Counted from the first letter of the stretch, positions 10,255 to 18,756 are shown. The stretch is 64,000 nt of DNA from an uncultured delta proteobacterium (GCA_963737265.1 CAVTRY010000016.1:1-64000), one strand, 5' to 3'. The notes: a model not told the origin generated them from the sequence alone. Translations and numbers: made by a program.

Positions 10255-10561
10255 GGTTCTGTGCTTAGCGGTCTGTAGCCCAAGCAGAAGGTACCGACCG
10301 ACGGCGGGACAACAACTCCCGCGACTCTCAACTCGTTTAATTCTTCGGACTTAGCGGCCTCGAGCGAGAACCTGAATCTGGGGCGCCGAGTGAACGCTGC
10401 CTGTCGGTTACCCTTGGGATGGTGCACCGCCGAGGCGTCCTAGTGCGACAGCATGAGGGTTCTTGGTCACTGCCTGTATTCTACCATGCCCGTTCAAGCG
10501 AGCATGACGGAACCCTCAGCCATGATGGTCGACTCGCTGCTCACTGCCAACCGGCGCGTAG

Positions 10562-11278
10562 TCACTGCGCGATGCAGTTCGATTGCATGATCCCCCAGAT
10601 CGCGTCGGCGATGACCGTTCCACCCGCGTCCGTCGGGAAAATGCCGCCGCTGGCTGTGTCAGTGTATTCAGGATGGCCAACCCAGAGCGGCTGGAGATCC
10701 AGAAAGAAACAGGGGACCGTGCTCTGCGTGCAGGCCTGCTGCAGCAGCGGCCTCAGCGCCGGCACGCCTGGGATGTTGGGAAGCTCCGGCATCAGAAAGT
10801 AGATGATGGCTGCGACGGTCCCGTCGCCGGCGACAGTCGAGAGAAGTTGGGTGAAGGTATTGGCCACGCTGGTCACCGTGGCCGATGTGTTCATCATGAT
10901 GGTGTCCAACGTGCCGCCATCCATGATCAGGACCTTGGCCTTGATCGCGGTCGCCTCCTGGGACGTGTATTGAACGGCGATCTGCCCGATCAACGTGCCG
11001 TTCGCGGCGTCGATCGTGTAGTCGTCGTTGGGGCCGATGGTGCCCGCAGCGCGCGCGAGATCCCTGACTCCGGTGTGTTCGTTGCCCGGGATCGTAACCC
11101 ACGAGTCGCCGATCCAGACGACCTGGCTCGCGCTCACCTGCGCGTGCGGGCAGGTGGCACCGTCGACGAGCAGCGTCTGTCCATTGCCGAGCTTGATCCG
11201 CTCGCCGCTACAGCCGGAGCCGATCGCGAGAGCTGCCAGTGCGCCCGCGATGCACGTGAGGGATGCCGGCCGAGCCAT
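10562..11278 (-). CDS. SGNH/GDSL hydrolase-fold lipoprotein lacking the catalytic His
   Basis: Lipobox IGSGC, IGDSW block I, DGGTLD block III, GGIFPT in place of DGIHP. Confidence 0.75.
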   Translation of the reverse strand: MARPASLTCIAGALAALAIGSGCSGERIKLGNGQTLLVDGATCPHAQVSASQVVWIGDSWVTIPGNEHTGVRDLARAAGTIGPNDDYTIDAANGTLIGQIAVQYTSQEATAIKAKVLIMDGGTLDTIMMNTSATVTSVANTFTQLLSTVAGDGTVAAIIYFLMPELPNIPGVPALRPLLQQACTQSTVPCFFLDLQPLWVGHPEYTDTASGGIFPTDAGGTVIADAIWGIMQSNCIAQ

Positions 11279-11301
11279 CGCCCAATGCTACCATCGGCGC
11301 G

Positions 11302-12456
11302 ATGACCCCGGGCGTCGTCCTGCTGGTTGCGCTCTTTTCACAGAGCCCGACCAGCGCCGCAGTCGCCGCGCCCGAGACTGCGGCGACGAGCGTGCGCCTC
11401 GATGTGCGGGCAGCTCCTGACTGCACGTCGCGGAGCGATTTGACGGTCCGCATCGCGGCCCGCTCGCCGCGCATCCAGGTCGTTGACGACGCTTCTGTGT
11501 CGGCGCGAGTCGCTGTCACGTCACCCCGGCCTGGGAGTGTGGTTGCTGATCTTTTTCTGGCGAGCGCTGGTGCCGAGCAGCCGCCGCGCCGGGTCGTGGC
11601 GCGATCCTGCGCGGAGGTTGCCGACGGCGTTGCGCTGATCATCGCCGTGACCCTCGATCCGAATCTGAGGGGGCAACCTGCGGCCGGCGAGGCCGCGAAC
11701 CGAGGCTCCGCCGACCAGGGCAAGGCAAACTCACGGGCGGGACGGGACACGTCGGCCGCGTCTGCGTCCGCGACGCCTGGAGCAGGTCCCTTTCCGCGAC
11801 CTCCTGCCAGCCCGGAGGAGCTGCCGGCCGCTACAACAACACAAGCAGCACCGCCCGCCAGAGCCAACTCCGTTGCCCAACCTCCGCTGCCCGTCAGCGT
11901 GACGTCCGTTGCGCCGCCCGTGGATCGTCCGGCGACCACGACCAGGCGCGAGTTCGGTGTCTCCCTGGCTGGCCAAACGATCTTCGGTCCCGCTCCGGCC
12001 GTCATGCCTGGAATCGCGCTCTATTTGATGGCGGCGCTGGAGCGCGACGGGGCGTGGGCTCCCGCTCTATTCGTTGGCGCGACGCACGTGGGGCGAGCAG
12101 GCCTGTCCGAGTCAGGTGGAACCGCGTCCTTTACACTCGATGCCACCACCCTCGACGCCTGTCCGCTTCGCCTGCGCTGGGCGCGCCTTACAGCCCGTCC
12201 GTGCGCCTCGGCACTCGTCGGGAGACTGTCGTCGAAAGGTTCCGACACCGATCAGCAGGCCAGTGCGGCACGCCCCTTCGGCGTGGCCGGCGCGACGATG
12301 ACAGCCAGCTTCGGTTCGACGGTCGAGATGTCCGCGCGCTTGGGCGTAGGGCTGACGTTGCTTCGCGATTCGTACGAGTTCGGGAATGTCGTGTTCCACC
12401 AGAGCAGCCTTTTCACGATCTCAGCCAGCGTGGGAATCGGCGCTCATTGGCCCTGA
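11302..12456 (+). CDS. Hypothetical exported protein, probable C-terminal outer-membrane beta-barrel
   Basis: Signal peptide, N-domain with 2 Cys, Pro/Ala linker, amphipathic beta-strand C-terminal half ending VGIGAHWP. Confidence 0.7.
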   Translation: MTPGVVLLVALFSQSPTSAAVAAPETAATSVRLDVRAAPDCTSRSDLTVRIAARSPRIQVVDDASVSARVAVTSPRPGSVVADLFLASAGAEQPPRRVVARSCAEVADGVALIIAVTLDPNLRGQPAAGEAANRGSADQGKANSRAGRDTSAASASATPGAGPFPRPPASPEELPAATTTQAAPPARANSVAQPPLPVSVTSVAPPVDRPATTTRREFGVSLAGQTIFGPAPAVMPGIALYLMAALERDGAWAPALFVGATHVGRAGLSESGGTASFTLDATTLDACPLRLRWARLTARPCASALVGRLSSKGSDTDQQASAARPFGVAGATMTASFGSTVEMSARLGVGLTLLRDSYEFGNVVFHQSSLFTISASVGIGAHWP

Positions 12457-12487
12457 GCGAGCGGCTCCGAGCCTCGACCCTCCGGGG

Positions 12488-13237
12488 TCAGGGCGCCCCT
12501 GACGATTCCGTGAGCCCGACGAGCTCGGCGACGCGTCCTGCCAGCAGGCTGCCTCGATTCTCGGCCACGAATCGGGTGGCGAGCGCCCTTGCTTCGGACG
12601 CTCGGCCCAGCTTCATCAGCGCCTCAATCCTGATCGCGGTTGCTTCGGGACGAAAGCTCCCGGACGGGTATTTGTCACGGTAGCGACCCAAGATCTCGAG
12701 CGCGTGACGACCATCCCCTGACGACAGCGCCGTTCGTGCGGCGTCGACGAAGGAAATCTCGTCTCGAAGATCTCCCGCGGCTGTCGCGACGCGGCCGCGG
12801 TGGACCGCGGCGACCGGGCTGGGTATCGGCTTTGCGACCTGGCCCGCAGCTGCGACGGCTCCGCGAGGCGAGTCCGGCGGGGTTGGAGGAGCGAGCAGTG
12901 CAGGAGCCGTCGGAGCTGGATGCGGCGGCGAGGCGTTCCACGCACGCACGCCGACCACCGCGCCGACGACGAGTCCGACCACGCCAAGCGAGACCCACGG
13001 CCACACCGTCGACGCTCCCGCGGCCGCAGTTGCCTTGGACGCGACAGTCGAGCCGGCCGTCTTCGCACCCGCGGTCGTCCCCGCGAGGCTCATCGTCACG
13101 CCAAGGGCGCTCGCCATCCGCGCGGACGCCGCTCGGGAAGGCTTCTTCTGCAGGGCTGCTTCGATCACGCGCCGCTCGAAGTTCGTTGCGTCCGCCGTGA
13201 GGAGGCGTTCGGGCAGATCAGTGGGTGGGCGGCTCAT
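12488..13237 (-). CDS. Putative anti-sigma factor, single TM plus C-terminal TPR-like domain
   Basis: ATGA overlap with the sigma gene; TM WPWVSLGVVGLVVGAVVGV; EISFVDAARTAL...YPSGSFRPEA..IEAL helical repeat. Confidence 0.75.
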   Translation of the reverse strand: MSRPPTDLPERLLTADATNFERRVIEAALQKKPSRAASARMASALGVTMSLAGTTAGAKTAGSTVASKATAAAGASTVWPWVSLGVVGLVVGAVVGVRAWNASPPHPAPTAPALLAPPTPPDSPRGAVAAAGQVAKPIPSPVAAVHRGRVATAAGDLRDEISFVDAARTALSSGDGRHALEILGRYRDKYPSGSFRPEATAIRIEALMKLGRASEARALATRFVAENRGSLLAGRVAELVGLTESSGAP

Positions 13238-13779
13238 GACTCCCCTTCCTTCAGAAGACTTCTTTCGACGCGCTCTGCGGCGGAGCGGAACTGCTCGCGG
13301 GCGCGCCGCAGGCGCGATGCCGCGCTCCCCACCGGGATCTCGAGCAGGTCCGCGATCTCCGGCGAGGTCAGCCCCTCGATCTCGTAGAGCACGAACACCT
13401 CCACCAGCTCCGGATCGACCTTGGAGAGCACCAGATCGCAAAGCTGCGCGTCGGCCCGCGTCTCGCCGGTGTCACGAACTTCAGACAAGCGCTCATCCAT
13501 CTCGTCGTCCAGCTCCCAACGCACCGTTTTGCGACCGAGCGTGTGCGCGACGCGGACCGCGGTTCCGATCAGAAACGCTCGCTCCCTGTCGGGTTGGATA
13601 TCACTCAGTCGCTCAGCGGCCAGGAGAAACGTCTCCTGAGTGGCGTCCTCGGCGGCCTCCGGTGTCAGTCCACGCCGACGCAGCGCGCGCCAAACCGTGG
13701 CGTGGTGGGCGTTGAAGATCCGTTCCAACCGAGCGCGGTCCACCTCGGCTGGGGCTAATCGCTTGGCGGGCACGACCAT
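13234..13779 (-). CDS. ECF (sigma-70 family) RNA polymerase sigma factor
   Basis: Region 2 AEDATQETFL, region 4 VFVLYEIEGLTSPEIADLLEIPVGSAASRLRRAR. Confidence 0.95.
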   Translation of the reverse strand: MVVPAKRLAPAEVDRARLERIFNAHHATVWRALRRRGLTPEAAEDATQETFLLAAERLSDIQPDRERAFLIGTAVRVAHTLGRKTVRWELDDEMDERLSEVRDTGETRADAQLCDLVLSKVDPELVEVFVLYEIEGLTSPEIADLLEIPVGSAASRLRRAREQFRSAAERVERSLLKEGES

Positions 13780-14098
13780 CTTGAAACGTTGCCGCTCCCT
13801 TTACCTGCGATAGCCTTCTGCAATTGATTATGCAGCTTATCGGCGAATTCGATCACCGAAAGCGCACGATCTCGTTCGGCGGTCATGACGATTATGTGAT
13901 CGAATCGCCCCGTTTCCCGCATAGGTAGGTACAGGGGTCCGCCCAGAGGCTGCTCGAAGAGAGCTGTCTCGGGTTTCCTGACGAGGCGGTATTTGCCCGT
14001 CGGACATCGCCAGCAGCGTCAGGGCGATAGCTCCGCCCGGAGGGCGGACGACTGCTCCCGGATCGGGAGATCCTTATCTCCGCATCGAGAGGTGACTC

Positions 14099-15481
14099 AT
14101 GACTTCGTCCCGCAACGCGTGTCTCGCGGCCGCTCGCTCGTTCGCAGTGGCATCCGTGCTGCTCTGGTTGCCCGCCTGTGGCTCCTCGGGTGGAGGCACC
14201 ACCACCGGAACCGGCGGTGATACCGGCAGCGGCGGATCGAGCAGCACCGGTGGCACCACCGGTACCGGGGGCGTGACAGGCACCGGAGGTTCGAGCAGCA
14301 CCGGCGGCACCACCGGCACAGGTGGCGTGAAAGGTACTGGCGGTACGACGGGCACCGGAGGCACGGTCGGCACCGGAGGCACGACAGGCACGGGGGGCAG
14401 CGCCGCGACGGGGGGCACGACGGGAACCGGCGGAACGACCGGGACCGGCGGGAGCAGCGGTACCGGGGGTGTGAAAGGGACGGGCGGAGCGACTGCTACC
14501 GGCGGCGCGACCGGCACCGGCGGCACCGCTACCGGTGGCAGTCCCGGCACGGGCGGAAGCGCGACTGGAGGTTCCAGCGGAACCTGCCCGACGACCGCCC
14601 TGAAGACAGGCGACAGCAACGAGAGCATTACCTCGGGAGGCGAGTCCCGCACGTTCATCGTCCACGTCCCCACGGGTTACACGGGAAGCTCACCCGTCCC
14701 AGTCGTTCTCGATTTTCATCCGCTCGGTGGCACGGGCAGCTCACAGGAGGGCTCATCGGGCTGGAAGGCGAAGTGCGACAGCGTGGGCTGCATCGCAGTC
14801 TTCCCGGACTCGTCCAAGACGGCCGGTGACAACTCTTGGAACGCGGGTTACTGCTGCGACAACGCCGAGGCGAAGAAGATCGATGACGTCCAGTTCGCGC
14901 GGGACATCATCAAGTGGCTCGAGGCCAATGCCTGCGTCGATCCGAAACGCATTTACGCGAGCGGAGGCTCCAATGGCGGCGGCATGACCTACCGGATGGC
15001 CTGCGAGGCCGCCGACGTGATTGCTGCGGTGGCGCCCGTCGACTTCCGCTGCGTGACGGGAAAGGATCCCCTGGCGAGCACCGTAACGGCCTCGAACAAC
15101 ACGGCGTGCACGTGCACGCTCCCGCGGCCGATCGCCGTGATCGGGTGGGATGAAGGGGCAGATACCTCGGTCGTCCCCTACGGCGGCGGCCAGACGCCGA
15201 ACTTGAAGACGGACTGCGCCCCCAACTCGAGCTGCGTGGGAATAGGGTTCTCGAGCGCGGTCGTGAACTCCGACACTTGGGCAAAGTTCGACATGTGCAC
15301 TGGTTCGGCGATGGCGGACCCGAACAACTCCTTGTGCCAGACGTACGCATCGTGTTCGGCGAACACCCAGGTCACCCTTTGCACGACGACCAGCGGAGGC
15401 CACCTCGCCGTATACGGGAACTCGTCTGCCAAGTTCACGGACACCTCCTGGAACGTGCTCAAGACCCAATCGCTGCCGTAG
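14099..15481 (+). CDS. PHB-depolymerase/LpqC-like (CE1-type) esterase lipoprotein with Gly/Thr linker
   Basis: Lipobox LPAC, GTGG repeats, VLDFHPLGG, WNAGYCC, DDVQF, GGSNGG nucleophile elbow. Confidence 0.85.
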   Translation: MTSSRNACLAAARSFAVASVLLWLPACGSSGGGTTTGTGGDTGSGGSSSTGGTTGTGGVTGTGGSSSTGGTTGTGGVKGTGGTTGTGGTVGTGGTTGTGGSAATGGTTGTGGTTGTGGSSGTGGVKGTGGATATGGATGTGGTATGGSPGTGGSATGGSSGTCPTTALKTGDSNESITSGGESRTFIVHVPTGYTGSSPVPVVLDFHPLGGTGSSQEGSSGWKAKCDSVGCIAVFPDSSKTAGDNSWNAGYCCDNAEAKKIDDVQFARDIIKWLEANACVDPKRIYASGGSNGGGMTYRMACEAADVIAAVAPVDFRCVTGKDPLASTVTASNNTACTCTLPRPIAVIGWDEGADTSVVPYGGGQTPNLKTDCAPNSSCVGIGFSSAVVNSDTWAKFDMCTGSAMADPNNSLCQTYASCSANTQVTLCTTTSGGHLAVYGNSSAKFTDTSWNVLKTQSLP

Positions 15482-15922
15482 GCCCCCGCCCGGTGACTCA
15501 TCATCTTCAACCACGGTCACGGCGTGGGTCATGTCGCCATCAAGACCGGCGACAACCACCGGCATCGGAGGCAATGCGGGAGACAGCGTGACGCCAAGCC
15601 GATAGTCGGCGCGCCACTCATCCCCGTCGTCGATGGGTTGAGCGCCTGGCAACATGCGCTTGTGCAGGACGCGGCACACCAAGATGCCGGTCGGCTCTCG
15701 GCGAAAGAATACGACGGGGCCGGCCTGCTCGGCACGCAGCAAGCCGGGACGGATGTCATTGCACGCTCGACCGAGCACGGGCGTGTCGGCTAGGCGCTGG
15801 CAGTAGTCGTCAAGTAGGGTGAGATACCGGTCGGCCTGAGCCGCGTCCCAGGTGCGCACGGTGTAGGCGGTGATGTCGTCGAAGTCCGCCTCGGCGCGGC
15901 GCGAAAAGCGGACCTTGGCCAC
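14753..15922 (-). CDS. parE: ParE/RelE-family toxin (domain 15617-15922); no stop after the domain, ORF runs antisense into the esterase
   Basis: RFSRRAEADFDDITAYTVRTW..QADRY...RVLHKRM; directly downstream of an antitoxin. Confidence 0.8.
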   Translation of the reverse strand: MAKVRFSRRAEADFDDITAYTVRTWDAAQADRYLTLLDDYCQRLADTPVLGRACNDIRPGLLRAEQAGPVVFFRREPTGILVCRVLHKRMLPGAQPIDDGDEWRADYRLGVTLSPALPPMPVVVAGLDGDMTHAVTVVEDDESPGGGLRQRLGLEHVPGGVRELGRRVPVYGEVASAGRRAKGDLGVRRTRCVRLAQGVVRVRHRRTSAHVELCPSVGVHDRAREPYSHAARVGGAVRLQVRRLAAAVGDDRGICPFIPPDHGDRPRERARARRVVRGRYGARQGILSRHAAEVDGRHRSNHVGGLAGHPVGHAAAIGASARVNAFRIDAGIGLEPLDDVPRELDVIDLLRLGVVAAVTRVPRVVTGRLGRVREDCDAAHAVALRLPAR

Positions 15923-15925
15923 GCG

Positions 15926-16177
15926 CTAACGGGACCGCGGGGGCAAGCCAGCTCGTTCCCGGACACGGTCGAAAACGCCGTCCTCGGCAACGCCGCTTGC
16001 GTCGCCCTCGTCGATGGCCGACCGTAGCGCCGCGAGCTTCCCCTCGCGTTGCTCCTCGCGCTCGAGCGCCTCGCCAAGCAGCTCAACCAGCACGGCCTGT
16101 GGCTCGCGGTGCGTCTCGGCCGCAAGGGCGGCCACACGCGTCTCGAGCTCGGGAGGGAGGGTGAGTGCCAGCTTCAC
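15926..16177 (-). CDS. ParD-like antitoxin (ribbon-helix-helix)
   Basis: LTLPPELETRV N-terminus, KLAALRSAIDEGDASG ParD-type C-terminus; 3 bp upstream of parE. Confidence 0.8.
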   Translation of the reverse strand: MKLALTLPPELETRVAALAAETHREPQAVLVELLGEALEREEQREGKLAALRSAIDEGDASGVAEDGVFDRVRERAGLPPRSR

Positions 16178-16186
16178 GTCATCCAG

Positions 16187-16241
16187 TTTACAGCCGAGGA
16201 GATGGCCCGGCTAGCCGACCTACAGCACGTGCAAGTCGGAG
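16187..16241 (-). repeat. Dispersed repeat copy 2; likely promoter of the TA operon
   Basis: Homologous to 10199-10254; TG-TAAACT ends 7 nt before the antitoxin GTG. Confidence 0.6.
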
Positions 16242-16444
16242 CTGTGAAAACAGGATCTTGAGCGGGTCGAGGAGGGGGGCCAACGGATAGAACACCCGGT
16301 CCGGGTGCCACGTCGGCCGAGCTCCGCCCGCCGCCTGAGCGTAACCACTTGAGCGAGACCAGGGGTGACGGCCCGACACGCCCTGTGACGGTAAGCCCCT
16401 GATCTCACTCATTTCTCTGACGGAGATTCGACCCCTCGATCGTC

Positions 16445-16488
16445 TTCACACGGTGGAAGCCCTAGGTTCAATCCCTACAACGCCCACA
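16445..16488 (+). repeat. 3' half of tRNA-Val(CAC), att site copy 2
   Basis: TTCACACGGTGGAAGCCCTAGGTTCAATCCCTACAACGCCCACA, nearly identical to 3765-3809; 5' half absent. Confidence 0.85.
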
Positions 16489-16524
16489 GAAAAACGGCCA
16501 CTTGGGACGGTTTCCCGGGTGGGC
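16489..16524 (-). terminator. Intrinsic terminator downstream of the pqi operon (possibly bidirectional)
   Basis: CCACTTGGGA / TCCCGGGTGG hairpin followed by T5 on the minus strand. Confidence 0.5.
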
Positions 16525-16573
16525 GATCTCGACCCGGGCTCCATCCGACTCGAGCTGCATGCCGACGCAGGGC

Positions 16574-17227
16574 TCACCGACGCGAGAGGTACTCGAGGCG
16601 CACCGAGCGGGCGATGTCGTCGCTGACGGAGTCGAGCGCCACCCCGCACGCCGCCACGGCCGCGTCATGGCTCCGCCCACCCACGCTGGGCGCGCGCCCG
16701 GCCGACCGCCCGCTGCGGATCCGACCGTCTTTCGCCCAACGGATCGTCCAGGCCACGGCGATGGCCGCGCCCGAAGCCAGCCGGACGTCGAGGTCCTGGA
16801 CGTCGATCGTCACCTCAACGTCGCCGGGGATCGCCCTCTGCTCTGACGCCGAAACCAGCGCGCCGTCCAGCTGCCGCGCCAGCCGGTCGGCCACCGCGCG
16901 GGCGATGCCGGTCCGCAGCGGCTCGGCCCAGAGATGACCGTCGTCGATGGCGAGCTCGGTGGCCGAGATACGCAGCACCAGCTCCGGACGGTCCAGTGTC
17001 TCCGGCACCGCCGCCGGCGCGACGTGCACGGTGTACTGGGGCGGCCCGGCGAGAGGTGGCCCCGCCGGGACCTTGCTGGCCAGGGTGTAGTAGTGCACCT
17101 CCGTCGAGCGGAGGCAGGCGCAGGGGCTCGAAAGGGCGCCCAGCGCGGCCAGGATGAGGGGCCAGGAGCCTCGGGCCGTCGCTGTCCGCGCCCTCCTCTT
17201 CCGCGCGCGCGTTCCCCGCGCGCTCAC
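16574..17227 (-). CDS. pqiC: PqiC-family ABC auxiliary lipoprotein
   Basis: HYYTL, VPETLDRPELV, WAEPL motifs; GTGA overlap with pqiB. Confidence 0.85.
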   Translation of the reverse strand: MSARGTRARKRRARTATARGSWPLILAALGALSSPCACLRSTEVHYYTLASKVPAGPPLAGPPQYTVHVAPAAVPETLDRPELVLRISATELAIDDGHLWAEPLRTGIARAVADRLARQLDGALVSASEQRAIPGDVEVTIDVQDLDVRLASGAAIAVAWTIRWAKDGRIRSGRSAGRAPSVGGRSHDAAVAACGVALDSVSDDIARSVRLEYLSRR

Positions 17228-18756
17228 CGACGTCCTCGGATGAGCGACTCGGGGTGTCGCTCGAGGCTCTCGGCCAGAGCGCTGACGGAGCGGGCGGCGC
17301 GCGCGATCTGCTGGAGCACCTCGTCCAAATCGGCCCGCTGCGGGGAGGTCGGACCGAATTGGTTGACCAGTCGATCGGCGTCCGAAAGCGCGCTGCCTGC
17401 CTTGGCCAACACCTGGCGGACGTCGCCGATGAGGGGCCCGACCTCGTTCAACGGCAACTCTTCCACCTTGTGGGCCGCCGCGGTCAGGGAGGTCTGCAGG
17501 TCCTCGCCGTCGCTGGGCAGCGCCGGGATCTCGCCCGGGCGCCGGACGGGGTCGAGCCTGACCCGCGGGGCGTTTGGGAAGAAGTCCAGCGCCACGAATT
17601 TCTGTCCCGTGAGGAGGCTCCCGCTGCGCAGCTGCGCCCGCAAACCTCGATCCACGAGGCGCCGCAGCCGCGCGGGGGCCGACTCCGGCTTCTCGTCGAG
17701 CGATCCATGGCGAAGGCGGGCGCGGAGGCGGCCCGGGTAGATCCGCACCTCGACCGGTGTGGCGAACTCGAGGCTCGCCGGATCGTAATCGAGGCCGATG
17801 CCGGTCACTTCCCCCAGCGCAATCCCGCGGAACTCGACCGGCGCCCCGACAGCCAGCCCGCGAACTGTTTGGCGGAACACGACCGTGTAGTCCTCCGCTT
17901 CGGTGTCCGGCTGTTTCATCGCATCGTCGCGGCTGCGATAGAGGACGAACCTGTGACCGGTCGGGGCCGGGCTGGCCTTCGCTGGATCGGGGCCGGGCTC
18001 GAAGGAGATCCCGCCGACGAGCAACGTCACCAAGGACTCGACGTCGACCTTCACGCCGGCCGTGTCCAGGGTGGCGCGGATCCCACCCGCCTCCCAAAAT
18101 CGACTGCTGGTGGTGACGTAGCGATCGAAGGGCGCGCGCACGAACAGGCCAATCGAGACCTGGCGGCCGTCGGCATCGAGATCCGAGGTGGTGACCTGTC
18201 CGACCTGAAGGTGATGGAAGAAGATCGGCGATCCGGCCCCGATGGCGCGCGCACCTCGCGCCACGAACGCCCTCCCCGGCGTCCCACCGCTGACGACGGG
18301 CACCTCCTCGAGGCCCAGGAAATCGCGACGCTCTCGCCCGGACGAACCGACGTCGAGGCCGATGTAGGCGCCCGAGAGCAGGGTTTCGAGCCCCGTCACC
18401 TCCTCGGCAGCCACGCGCGCCCGCACGACCCAGAAGCGCGTGTCCTCGACCAGCCAGGGCGCCGCCTCGCGCATGAGCTCGGCGGTGATCACCACCGTCG
18501 CGCGATCGGGGCTGAAGCCGACCTCCTTGACCTCTCCGACGTCGACGTCGCGGTACCTGAGCTTGGTCTTGCCGGCGATCAGGCCGGCCCCGTCCCGGAA
18601 GCTGATGGTGATCGTCGGGCCGTGGGCGCGGACGGCCCTCACCGCGAGCCAGCCCCCGATCAGCGCGGCCACGATGGGGATGGCCCAGATCAACTCCGGC
18701 AAGAAGCGGGAGCGCGGCAGAGCCACCGCCTCCGGCGGGCCGGGGCCGTCGCTCAT
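17224..18756 (-). CDS. pqiB: PqiB intermembrane transport protein (3 MCE domains)
   Basis: IWAIPIVAALIG, GPTITISF..G..AGKT.LRYRDV, TRFWVVR, GLETLLSGAYI. Confidence 0.95.
   Translation of the reverse strand: MSDGPGPPEAVALPRSRFLPELIWAIPIVAALIGGWLAVRAVRAHGPTITISFRDGAGLIAGKTKLRYRDVDVGEVKEVGFSPDRATVVITAELMREAAPWLVEDTRFWVVRARVAAEEVTGLETLLSGAYIGLDVGSSGRERRDFLGLEEVPVVSGGTPGRAFVARGARAIGAGSPIFFHHLQVGQVTTSDLDADGRQVSIGLFVRAPFDRYVTTSSRFWEAGGIRATLDTAGVKVDVESLVTLLVGGISFEPGPDPAKASPAPTGHRFVLYRSRDDAMKQPDTEAEDYTVVFRQTVRGLAVGAPVEFRGIALGEVTGIGLDYDPASLEFATPVEVRIYPGRLRARLRHGSLDEKPESAPARLRRLVDRGLRAQLRSGSLLTGQKFVALDFFPNAPRVRLDPVRRPGEIPALPSDGEDLQTSLTAAAHKVEELPLNEVGPLIGDVRQVLAKAGSALSDADRLVNQFGPTSPQRADLDEVLQQIARAARSVSALAESLERHPESLIRGRR

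Larger units (their letters stand above)
6374..10377. mobile_element. Probable nested integrative element bounded by AGAACCTGAAT direct repeats
   Basis: 11-bp repeat at 6374-6384 and 10367-10377; the joined empty site is CCAGA-ACCTGAA-TCTGG (tRNA-Leu CAG-like anticodon hairpin on the minus strand); arm-like GTGGGG(G)ATC repeats at 6479-6499. Confidence 0.5.
3810..16488. mobile_element. Decayed genomic island bounded by tRNA-Val(CAC) 3' direct repeats
   Basis: 47-bp direct repeat (3761-3807 / 16441-16487, 2 mismatches), integrase remnant at the left end, IS3s and TA module inside. Confidence 0.75.

Noticed and set aside
13818-13835. CTGCA-N8-TGCAG palindrome upstream of the ECF sigma
   Set aside because: 5-bp arms, single occurrence; cannot be told from chance.
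14190-14580. GGCACC-rich repeat region as a novel repeat element
   Set aside because: Encodes an ordinary Gly/Thr linker of the esterase.
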